From NCBI GenBank assembly GCA_050253335.1, contig JBFWJG010000038.1, positions 1-25,324 on the forward strand: a stretch of DNA of 25,324 nucleotides, in the 5' to 3' direction. The notes below the pieces were generated by a model. The model was not told the DNA's origin. It made no database searches and saw nothing but the letters and a program-made list of their open reading frames with translations. The position numbers and the translations under genes were made by a program. How positions within the stretch are numbered: the first letter of the stretch is position 1; the number at the start of each line of letters is the position of its first letter. Origin of the DNA: Deferribacterales bacterium (GTDB lineage Bacteria > Chrysiogenota > Deferribacteres > Deferribacterales > Geovibrionaceae). Shown here in pieces: positions 7,588-15,412 of this stretch.

Positions 7588-8792
7588 TTTTTCCTCCCTA
7601 TGGGTTTGCGGAAGCCGGCTTCAGCCAGCACGGATTCGGGTTTGTCTCCGCCTGTTTCAGCCTTCAGACTGAATGTCCGCACAGGATATTTCCCGAAAGC
7701 TTCCTCCGGCAGAATGATATAAACCTCTTTCCTGACCGATTCGCCCGCGCCGAGCTCAAAAACCCGCTCAGGCTGAATTTCGGAAGCTTCCGCGCCTTCC
7801 ACGCTGAGGCTTATCTTCATCCCCTGTCCGGTGCGGTTGGTGAGCCTCACGTCAAAGGCGTTTATTATCCGCCCTTCACGCTCCCTGGGCATTATACGGG
7901 ACGAGGGATAAACCTCGAAGCCCAAAGGGGAGCCAAACAGCAGCCGCACAGCGAAAAGCACGGTAAATATCAGAAACAGCCCCGAAGTTATCAGCACGTT
8001 TGCCCTGAAAAACTTAGGCTTATCCTCAAGGCCGTAAACATAGCCTATGAGGGATGTCTTCCCTTTTTTGCCCATCACCCTGCCGCAGGCCTGAATGCAC
8101 TCCGCGCAGTTTATGCACCCCTGCGAGAAGCCCCTGCGTATGTCTATCCCTGTGGGGCATGTTTTTACACAGGCAAGGCAGTTTATGCACTCGTCCCTTC
8201 TTTCGGGGTGCATTGTGATCGCCATTGTGTGGGCATCGAACATAATCCCCTGAAGCTTCGCATAGGGGCAGACGGTGGTGCAGAAGCCGTGGCGGAAAAA
8301 AGCAAAGTTAATATAGGTTATGCCCGAAAGCACACCCCAGAACCACAGCGTGACGCTGCCGAGATTCAACTCCGTCAGATCCTTTATAAAATCGTATGGC
8401 GGCACAAAATACCATATCATACAGGCCGAGATCAGAACGCTGAAAACCGCCGTGAAGATATGCCCTTCCGTTTTTGAAGCTCGGCTCAGCTTCTTTGAGT
8501 CCATCTTTCTGGTGAAGTCCACCATCAGGGTCTGAGGGCAGAGCCACCCGCACCATACCCGCCCGAAAAGCTGGGTTACGGATATGAACAGAAACGTCAA
8601 TGCGAATATAAACAGAAGAATCAGGAAAAAATCCTCTATCCATATCGCTTTTCCGAAAAAGAACAGCCTGAGCGAGGGGATGTCTAACCTCAGCAGGCTT
8701 TCCCCGTTAAGCCGCAGGAAGGGAACACCGAAAAACAGCAGTGTCGCTCCCCAGCGGACGGCCTTTCTGTAAAACTGCAAATCAGCGGTCAT
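7584..8792 (-). CDS. ccoG: CcoG/FixG 4Fe-4S membrane protein (cupric reductase family)
   Basis: GRVWCGWLCPQT, FCTTVCPY, CINCLACVKTCP, CINCAECIQAC and a C-terminal Ig-like domain. Confidence 0.93.
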   Translation of the reverse strand: MTADLQFYRKAVRWGATLLFFGVPFLRLNGESLLRLDIPSLRLFFFGKAIWIEDFFLILLFIFALTFLFISVTQLFGRVWCGWLCPQTLMVDFTRKMDSKKLSRASKTEGHIFTAVFSVLISACMIWYFVPPYDFIKDLTELNLGSVTLWFWGVLSGITYINFAFFRHGFCTTVCPYAKLQGIMFDAHTMAITMHPERRDECINCLACVKTCPTGIDIRRGFSQGCINCAECIQACGRVMGKKGKTSLIGYVYGLEDKPKFFRANVLITSGLFLIFTVLFAVRLLFGSPLGFEVYPSSRIMPREREGRIINAFDVRLTNRTGQGMKISLSVEGAEASEIQPERVFELGAGESVRKEVYIILPEEAFGKYPVRTFSLKAETGGDKPESVLAEAGFRKPIGRKK

Positions 8793-8953
8793 TTCTTTTC
8801 TTCTGTTTCCTGATCATCGTCTTCGAGCATCCTGTACTTTGCCTCTTCCACCTTGTCTTTCCGTTTTGATGAATAGTAGTAGAAAATCAGTCCGGCGAAA
8901 ACGGCAGTAAGCAGGATACCGTATAAAAGAAATGACAATGCTCCGAATTCCAT
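8789..8953 (-). CDS. ccoQ: CcoQ-like small subunit (54 aa)
   Basis: Not in the ORF track. MEFGALSFLLYGILLTAVFAGLIFYYYSSKRKDKVEEAKYRMLEDDDQETEEKK: one TM plus the KRK..EEA...L.DD pattern; ATGA overlap with ccoG. Confidence 0.78.
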   Translation of the reverse strand: MEFGALSFLLYGILLTAVFAGLIFYYYSSKRKDKVEEAKYRMLEDDDQETEEKK

Positions 8954-8970
8954 CAGCTTTTCCGTCCTTT

Positions 8971-9007
8971 AAAAGAATACCCCTCCGCGGACAAAGCCGC
9001 GGAGAGG
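8971..9007 (-). terminator. Internal hairpin or partial terminator between the ccoP fragment and ccoQ
   Basis: Minus-strand RNA CCUCUCCGCGG-CUUUGU-CCGCGGAGGGG followed by UAUUCUUUU. Confidence 0.6.
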
Positions 9008-9019
9008 CTGTCAGTCAGT

Positions 9020-9208
9020 TTATTTTTCTATGCTTTCCTGGTAGGCTTTTTCCTGTGACCAGCCGCTTATGGCGGGTGTGTACATCACGAAATAGTACGC
9101 ACCCCAGAGAATCAGCCCGATGAAAAGCACAAGCCAGCCCAGAGGGAGCTTATGCTCCGTATCCTTGCGGTTAAATTCTTCAATATTATCGAATTCTTCT
9201 TTCTGCAT
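9020..9208 (-). CDS. ccoP: cbb3 CcoP N-terminal (FixP_N-like) domain-only protein, no heme motif
   Basis: IEEFN...LPLGWLVLFIGLILWGAYY...GWSQ..AYQ resembles the CcoP membrane anchor; 62 aa, no CxxCH; AGGAG RBS. Confidence 0.75.
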   Translation of the reverse strand: MQKEEFDNIEEFNRKDTEHKLPLGWLVLFIGLILWGAYYFVMYTPAISGWSQEKAYQESIEK

Positions 9209-9219
9209 GGCCTTTCTCC

Positions 9220-10104
9220 TTATTCAGCGAGTGATTCAATGTATCCGACCAGAGCCCAGATCCTTTCTTTGCTGAAAGATGAGGCAAAGCCGGGCATCAC
9301 GCCTTCATATCCGTTGGCAATCACCAGATAAGTGTCTCTGGAAGCGGCGCCTGCTGAGGCATAATCCGTAAGGGAAGCGCCTATGTTGCCTTCTGCGTTT
9401 GCTCCGTGGCATCCGGCGCACTCAGCGGCGTAAAGGGCTCTGCCCTCGGCCAGCGCATCAGCGTTACCCGCCAGCGGGTTTGTTTCCTCAACGGAATCCT
9501 CATCCACAACTATGACGCTTTCCTTGGTCACTGCCGTGCCCAGAACCTGAAGATAGGCCACCATTGCGTCAAGCTCAGTGGATTCGGCGGCCTGCGCAAG
9601 CTCTTCTTCGGTATAGGGGAAGCCGAGAGCGTCCATTCTGGCTTTCATCTCTTTAACATTAAGAAGCTTATCCTTCAGCCAGGGATACTTGGGCATGTTG
9701 GACTTAGGGAAGAATGCCTGCGGGTTTTCCATATGCTGAATATGCCACTCGTCAGGATATTTCCCGCCGACTCTGGCGAGATCGGGACCAGTACGTTTCG
9801 AACCCCAGAGGAAGGGACGGTCATAGGCAAATTCGCCCGCTTTGGAGTAATCCCCGTAACGGAGCACATCCGCCTTGAGCGGCCTTACTGTCTGGGTGTG
9901 GCAGTTTACACAGCCTTCTTTCTGATAAATGTCACGTCCGGCGAGTTCCATAACCGTATACGGCTGAAGGTTCTCAAGCTTAGGGTGCATTCCTTTTGTA
10001 AACATGGGGGCTATTGTGGTCACTATTGTGCCGATGAGCACCGTGACCGCCACCATAAGGGCAAAGGGTACGGCCTTGGAGTAAATATCTTTTTTATGGC
10101 TCAT
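9220..10104 (-). CDS. ccoO: cbb3 oxidase subunit II CcoO fused to a second cytochrome c domain
   Basis: GCVNCHTQTVRP, LWGSKRTGPDLAR and SNMP motifs of CcoO, then NPL...CAGCHG...MPGF...IWALVGYI of a CcoP-type cytochrome c domain. Confidence 0.93.
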   Translation of the reverse strand: MSHKKDIYSKAVPFALMVAVTVLIGTIVTTIAPMFTKGMHPKLENLQPYTVMELAGRDIYQKEGCVNCHTQTVRPLKADVLRYGDYSKAGEFAYDRPFLWGSKRTGPDLARVGGKYPDEWHIQHMENPQAFFPKSNMPKYPWLKDKLLNVKEMKARMDALGFPYTEEELAQAAESTELDAMVAYLQVLGTAVTKESVIVVDEDSVEETNPLAGNADALAEGRALYAAECAGCHGANAEGNIGASLTDYASAGAASRDTYLVIANGYEGVMPGFASSFSKERIWALVGYIESLAE

Positions 10105-10115
10105 AACCGCACCCC

Positions 10116-11525
10116 CTACACTGCTTTCGCTTCGGCAGCGGCGGCCTTAGCCTGCCCCTGCCTGATTGTCATGAAAACGTTATAAACAAAGAACAGCATT
10201 CCCACTACGAATATAACTCCGGAAACGGTTCTCATCTGCCAGTAGGGATAGTTGCCCACGAGTGTTTCCATGAAAGTGTATTTCAGGCTTCCGTCGGCGT
10301 TTGTCATTTTCCACATAGCGCCCTGCTGAATGCCCGTAACCCACATTGTTATGGAGAACATGAGCTGCCCCACAAGAACAAGCCAGAAGTGGATATTGGC
10401 CACCTTCTCGCTGAAAATTTCAGTTTTGTATATGTGAGGGATTATCACATATACGGATGCACAGATTATCATGGTAACCCAGCCCATCGTTCCCATGTGC
10501 ACGTGCCCGGGAACCCAGTCTGTGTAGTGGATAAGCGAGCTTATCACCCTTATGCCCTGCGAGGGGCCCTGAATGGTCTGAAGACCGTAGAAGGTGATGC
10601 CCAGAACGAAAAACTTGGTGAGGTAGTTTGTCCTCATTTTGCCCCAGTCAGCGTCCACAGTGAAGTAGCCGTTGATAACGGAGCCCCACGAGGGAGCAAT
10701 GAGGAACAGCGTGAAGGCTATGCCCAGAGTCTGAATCCAGTCGGGCAGAGGGGTGTACACAAGGTGATGCGCGCCTGTCCAAAGGTAGGCGAATATCAGC
10801 GACCAGAAAGAGATGATCGAGAGCCTGTGGCTATAGAGCGGAAGCCCTGTTGCCTTAGGAAGAAAGTAATAGAACATCGCCAGTATCGGCGTGGTGAAAA
10901 GGAAGCCCACCGCATTGTGCCCGTACCACCACTCAACGTTGGCGCTGTTTGTTCCTGCGAACAGGTGATAGGACTTTGTGAGAGTAGCGGGTATATGCAG
11001 GTTGTTCACTATGTACAGAATTGCAACTGCTATAAGTGTTGCGATTATGTACCAGAGCGAAACGTACATATGTTCCTCTTTCCTTTTGAAAACATTCGCG
11101 AGGATCACTACGGTGAAAATAACCCAGAGGATAACGATGGCTATATCAATAGGCCATTCAAACTCGGCGTACTCAAGGGACTGGTTCATCCCTATGAAAA
11201 GGGTGAATGTCGCCAGAACCATGCCTATGTTAAACAGCCAGAGATGAAATCTGGCCAGTTTGCCCAGCACAAGGTTCCTTTTGGTAAGCCTTATTGTGAG
11301 ATAATAGAAAACACCGAACTCCGCTCCGATCCCGAGCCCGTAAGCAAGGACATTGGTATGGATTGTTCTCAGCCTTCCGAAGGAGAAGTATTCACCGAAG
11401 TTGAAATCGGCGTTCCACATCTGAACCGAGATAAGAAGGCCGATGACAAGACCGATGACTCCCCAGAAGATCGCAGAGAGTATGAACCCCTGCACCGTTC
11501 TGTAGTCATATGAGTATTCATTCAT
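10116..11525 (-). CDS. ccoN: cbb3-type cytochrome c oxidase subunit I
   Basis: RLRTIHTN, EYAEFEW, WWYGHNAVGF, YLWTGAHHL and GHVH motifs give all heme/CuB His ligands and the helix VII Tyr. Confidence 0.97.
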   Translation of the reverse strand: MNEYSYDYRTVQGFILSAIFWGVIGLVIGLLISVQMWNADFNFGEYFSFGRLRTIHTNVLAYGLGIGAEFGVFYYLTIRLTKRNLVLGKLARFHLWLFNIGMVLATFTLFIGMNQSLEYAEFEWPIDIAIVILWVIFTVVILANVFKRKEEHMYVSLWYIIATLIAVAILYIVNNLHIPATLTKSYHLFAGTNSANVEWWYGHNAVGFLFTTPILAMFYYFLPKATGLPLYSHRLSIISFWSLIFAYLWTGAHHLVYTPLPDWIQTLGIAFTLFLIAPSWGSVINGYFTVDADWGKMRTNYLTKFFVLGITFYGLQTIQGPSQGIRVISSLIHYTDWVPGHVHMGTMGWVTMIICASVYVIIPHIYKTEIFSEKVANIHFWLVLVGQLMFSITMWVTGIQQGAMWKMTNADGSLKYTFMETLVGNYPYWQMRTVSGVIFVVGMLFFVYNVFMTIRQGQAKAAAAEAKAV

Positions 11526-11570
11526 TTAGAACCTCCTGCCGCCTTTTTCGGGCAGCGACATGTATATAAC

Positions 11571-11969
11571 TTAATAAATGAAGTCTTTCACTTTGGAGCT
11601 GCGCAGCTGTCCGGTAATGCTGGACTGAATTTCTGCGAGCCTGTGGGTAACGCGGCAGAAGGGCTTTCTCGAACAGGCCGACGGGTGTGCGACGCACACG
11701 TTTATATCCAGCGTGATGCCCATGCATTTCAGAATATCATAAAGACTGGCCTCAAATGAGGAGGGAGCGGCCTCTATTCCGCCGTGCTTGCCTGTGCGGG
11801 TGGTTATAAAGCCGCCTTTTTTAAGCCTGTTTATGACTTTTGCCGTTGTGGGCTTGGGAACCCCTATGGCCGCGCTTATCTCTTCCACTTTTTTCATCCC
11901 GCCGTTTTCGGCTAAATAAACAACAATTCTTATGGCGTAATCGCCTTCGCGTGCAATGAAAGAGTCCAA
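11571..11969 (-). CDS. Rrf2-family transcriptional regulator with Cys cluster motif
   Basis: DYAIR..., RTGKHGG wing and C-x6-C-x5-C (CVAHPSACSRKPFC). TTG start at 11969 with GAGGT RBS. Confidence 0.9.
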   Translation of the reverse strand: MDSFIAREGDYAIRIVVYLAENGGMKKVEEISAAIGVPKPTTAKVINRLKKGGFITTRTGKHGGIEAAPSSFEASLYDILKCMGITLDINVCVAHPSACSRKPFCRVTHRLAEIQSSITGQLRSSKVKDFIY

Positions 11970-11988
11970 TTGCTTACCTCTTAGGTCA

Positions 11989-12017
11989 ACAATACCCCTC
12001 TTTTTATCTTGTGTCAA
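11989..12017 (-). promoter_or_regulatory. Putative sigma70 promoter of the rrf2-cco operon
   Basis: Minus strand TTGACA (12017-12012) - N17 - TATTGT (11994-11989). Confidence 0.65.
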
Positions 12018-12025
12018 CATATTTA

Positions 12026-12062
12026 ATAAGACTATTTTAATCCTATATCACTGATAGGAAAT
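12026..12062. promoter_or_regulatory. Putative Rrf2-type operator(s), copy 1
   Basis: TCCTAT-N7-ATAGGA palindrome (12041-12059) and an overlapping imperfect one, ATAAGACT-N5-AATCCTAT (12026-12046), just upstream of the -35. Confidence 0.55.
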
Positions 12063-12075
12063 GAAAACAGAGGGC

Positions 12076-13485
12076 TCATCCCTTCAGTCTTTTGCTCATT
12101 GCCTGTCTGGATATACCCAGAAGAGCCGCCGCCCTGCTCTGGTTTCCTCCGCTTATTTTCAGCGCCTCATCGATAAGGATATCCTCCATATCTTTCAGCG
12201 AGGGGAATCTGCCGGAGTAAGTGAACTGCGCCCCGCCGGGCATGTTTGAGCTGACTGCGCCCCTGCTCCTGCCTGTGGATTCAAGATAGGCTATGACATC
12301 TCCGGCAGTCAGCACATCGCCGCTTCTGGCCGCAAGGTCATAGGCTATGGCCCGCAGTTCCCTGATATTTCCGGGGAATGCGCACGAGGAGAGGGCGCCT
12401 GCCGCTGTTTTTTCAAAGGTTTTGGAAGGAGTGCCCAGCTCTCTGACTGCCATCCTGTAAAAATGGGCAAAAAGCAGAGGGATATCCCCTTTCCTCTCCC
12501 TGAGCGGAGGCAGGTGGATTTTATGAATGGTTATTCTGTAATAAAGATCCTTTCGGAAGCGGCCTTCCTCAACCTTTTTCTCAAGATCCGCATTGGTGGC
12601 AAGAACAATCCGCACATCGGCTTTTTCCTCGGTGTCGCTCCCGAGGGCGCGGAAGGTTCCCTCCTGCAGAAAACGGAGAAGCTTGAGCTGGGAGTTTTCG
12701 GATATATCCCCCACCTCATCCAGAAACAGCGTACCGCCTGCGGCCTCAAGCAGGAGCCCTCTTCTAGCCTTGTCCGCTCCTGTGAAGGAGCCTTTTCTGT
12801 GCCCGAACAGCACATCAGTGAAAAGAGTGTCGTCAAGATCCGCCACGTTCAGCGGAACAAACGCGCCCCTGCGCCTGCTTGCCCTGTGCACGGCTTCCGC
12901 CATGAGTTCCTTGCCTGTGCCTGTCTCTCCGCAGATGAGAACGGGCTGCATACCGCCCGCCACAGCCTCGATATACTTAAAAACGGAGAACATTCCGCTC
13001 TCTTTGGTCACGATGGACGCAAAATCCTCAGGATGCTTCAGGTGCGAAGCCTCTACAGCTTCGGCAAAGCTTTCCACCTGCCTTTTCAGTTCTTCCTTTT
13101 CGAGAATGTTTTTTATGGTTGTTATGAAGCGCAGGCTGTCCACCGGCTTGAGGATATAATCATCCGCGCCTTTTTTAAGGCAGTTCACCGCTGTCTGCGA
13201 ATCGTCCGCCGCAGTTATGATCACAACCGGAGTGCCCGGACGTTTTACGCTGATGAAATCAAGAATATCGTTCCCGTCCACCTCGGGCATGTACAGATCG
13301 AGCACCACAAGGGCGAACTTTCTCTGCTCAAGGATTTCCAGAGCTTTCCTGCCTCCTGAGGCGGCAGTGATGTTTTTATAGCCCGCGCTTTTGAGGGCGA
13401 ATGTGTATGAAAAAAGAATGTCCTCCTCGTCATCCACGAGGAGTATGGGCACATCATATTTCAGCATAAAATTCCTCCCGCTCAT
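12076..13485 (-). CDS. Sigma54-dependent (NtrC-family) response regulator
   Basis: REC domain, Walker A GETGTGKE, GSFTGA loop, FLDEV, FPGNIREL and Fis-type HTH; ATGA-coupled to the upstream kinase. Confidence 0.93.
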   Translation of the reverse strand: MSGRNFMLKYDVPILLVDDEEDILFSYTFALKSAGYKNITAASGGRKALEILEQRKFALVVLDLYMPEVDGNDILDFISVKRPGTPVVIITAADDSQTAVNCLKKGADDYILKPVDSLRFITTIKNILEKEELKRQVESFAEAVEASHLKHPEDFASIVTKESGMFSVFKYIEAVAGGMQPVLICGETGTGKELMAEAVHRASRRRGAFVPLNVADLDDTLFTDVLFGHRKGSFTGADKARRGLLLEAAGGTLFLDEVGDISENSQLKLLRFLQEGTFRALGSDTEEKADVRIVLATNADLEKKVEEGRFRKDLYYRITIHKIHLPPLRERKGDIPLLFAHFYRMAVRELGTPSKTFEKTAAGALSSCAFPGNIRELRAIAYDLAARSGDVLTAGDVIAYLESTGRSRGAVSSNMPGGAQFTYSGRFPSLKDMEDILIDEALKISGGNQSRAAALLGISRQAMSKRLKG

Positions 13486-15368
13486 CCCTGCGCGGGAAAT
13501 GTAACCGTTACCGTGGTTCCTTTTTCCGGTTCGGAGAAGAAATCCAGCTCCCCTTTGTGCTCTTTCACGTAAGTATATACTATGGAAAGCCCCAGTCCGG
13601 TTCCGCCGTCTTTAAGCTTTGTGGTGAAGAAGGGCTCTGTTATCCTTCTTATTATATCACCGGGAATGCCCACACCGGTGTCAGAGACGCATATTTTCAG
13701 ATTTCCGTTCTCATCGGCGGAGCAGACAAGCCTCACTGTGCCGTTTTTGTCCTTGAGCGCTTCAAGGGCGTTGAGAATGAGGTTTATAAGCACCTGCTCA
13801 ATTTTCTGCCTGTTCCCCTTAAAATGCGGAACGGGCTTGATGACCTCGGCGGAAAAGCTGGATGTGTATCTGAGTATGTGCTGATTGAGGATCTTCACGG
13901 CAGAGGTGACCACTTCCTCAATATTTATCCTGTCGTCCATATGCTCCGTGTCTCCCCTTGAAAAGGTTTTCAGTTCATGGACTATCTTCTTTATCCTTTC
14001 AGAACCTCCGGCTATCCCTTCCAGAAGTCTGGGAATATCCTCTCTCAGAACGGAGTAGGGAAGATTTTCTATTTCAAAGTCCCCTTCCCGCTCATAAACC
14101 CTGTCCAGAACCTCGCTGAAACCCTTCCACAGATCCAGCATCATTTTGCTGTTGAACATTATGAAATTGTTCGGATTGTTTATCTCATGCGCGATACCCG
14201 AAACCAGAGTGCCCAGAGCGGTCATTTTATTGGTCTGAATGAGTTTTTCCTGCAACTGGCGTTCTCTTTTCTCAAGCTTTTTCGCCTCTGTTATGTCCTT
14301 GAACGAAAGATACAGGTACTCCGTTCCGCCTATGCTGAGCCTCTGGGAGTTGGCAAGAAAAGTGAATGTCTCCCCCGTGAGGCGCGTCATTGCGCATACC
14401 GCCTCGTCCTGCCCTGAATCGCCCAGAATGCAGCCGCTCACGGCGAGAACACGGATAAGCTCCTCCGGAACCCTGCCCAGCATCTCCTTTTTTCTGATGC
14501 CGAACATTTTTTCAGCGGCGGGGTTGAGATCCGCGACCGTATGCTCAGGAATTTTAAGAAGAACAAGGGCGTCCCTGTTCTTTTCAAAAATCTCGTCAAA
14601 GTTTCTCGCTGTTGTGTCCAGTTCGTTCTTCATCCGCTCCAGCTCGCTCAAGTCGGAAAAAATGAAGAGATATCTTGTGGTTTCACCGTCAAGGCTGAAA
14701 GAGGAAACATTCATAAGAACGGTTTTGTTCTTTCCTTGTCTGGATATATCAAGTCTTCTGGCACTGCTTTCGGTTCCTTCAAGCACTCCGGAGACAACTC
14801 CGCTGAGAGAGGGTTCCAGACCGGAAATAACGCTTTCCAGGCTTCTGCCGTATATATCACCGCTTTCAATATCGAAAATATCCATGAAGATATGGTTGAA
14901 GTATTTTATCCTGAGCGTTTCGTCCGCCACGGCCATGCCTTCCGTTGAGTTTTCAAGGACAGCCTCGAACAGCCTGTTCTGCTCCATAAGGTTGCGTTCC
15001 GCCGCCGCCCGCCTGACAGCCATGGAAACCACGGAGTAAAGCGACTGTGTTTCAACAGGCTTGACAATATAGCCGTACGGGGCGGCTTCGCTGGCTCTGT
15101 CCATCGTTCCTGTGTCAGAGTAGCTGGTGAGGAAAACTATGGGGATTCTGTACGCTGTATTTATGATTCCCGCCAGATCTATGCCGTCCAGATCCGACTT
15201 GAGATTGATATCCATAAGCACAAGAGAGGGAACTTCTTTCTCGATCTCCTTCATCGCGTCTTCCGGCCTGACGGCATACACGACATCGGAGTAGCCGAAA
15301 CCCATGAGTTTCGACCTTATATCCATTGCTATCAGAGCTTCGTCTTCCACTATCAGTATCTTTCCCAT
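13482..15368 (-). CDS. Cytoplasmic hybrid histidine kinase (REC-PAS-PAS-HisKA-HATPase)
   Basis: KILIVEDE...MDINL...YIVKP receiver; AHEINNP H-box; NLILNA, DTGVG, PFFTTK and GTGLGL boxes. Start MGKIL at 15368. Confidence 0.92.
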   Translation of the reverse strand: MGKILIVEDEALIAMDIRSKLMGFGYSDVVYAVRPEDAMKEIEKEVPSLVLMDINLKSDLDGIDLAGIINTAYRIPIVFLTSYSDTGTMDRASEAAPYGYIVKPVETQSLYSVVSMAVRRAAAERNLMEQNRLFEAVLENSTEGMAVADETLRIKYFNHIFMDIFDIESGDIYGRSLESVISGLEPSLSGVVSGVLEGTESSARRLDISRQGKNKTVLMNVSSFSLDGETTRYLFIFSDLSELERMKNELDTTARNFDEIFEKNRDALVLLKIPEHTVADLNPAAEKMFGIRKKEMLGRVPEELIRVLAVSGCILGDSGQDEAVCAMTRLTGETFTFLANSQRLSIGGTEYLYLSFKDITEAKKLEKRERQLQEKLIQTNKMTALGTLVSGIAHEINNPNNFIMFNSKMMLDLWKGFSEVLDRVYEREGDFEIENLPYSVLREDIPRLLEGIAGGSERIKKIVHELKTFSRGDTEHMDDRINIEEVVTSAVKILNQHILRYTSSFSAEVIKPVPHFKGNRQKIEQVLINLILNALEALKDKNGTVRLVCSADENGNLKICVSDTGVGIPGDIIRRITEPFFTTKLKDGGTGLGLSIVYTYVKEHKGELDFFSEPEKGTTVTVTFPAQG

Positions 15369-15412
15369 AACAATCCTTTTTTTTGCTCTTAGCAATTTTA
15401 ACAAACATTATG

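Noticed and set aside
9406..11513. Long plus-strand ORFs (259 and 374 aa) opposite ccoO and ccoN
   Set aside because: No recognisable motifs; typical antisense frames of well-supported genes.
11536..11555. Small hairpin touching the ccoN RBS
   Set aside because: Only a 5-bp stem; too weak to claim regulation.
12042..12060. Resemblance to the Tn10 tet operator (CCTATCAGTGATA core on the minus strand)
   Set aside because: No tetR/tetA or vector sequence nearby; better explained as part of the Rrf2-like palindrome or as chance.
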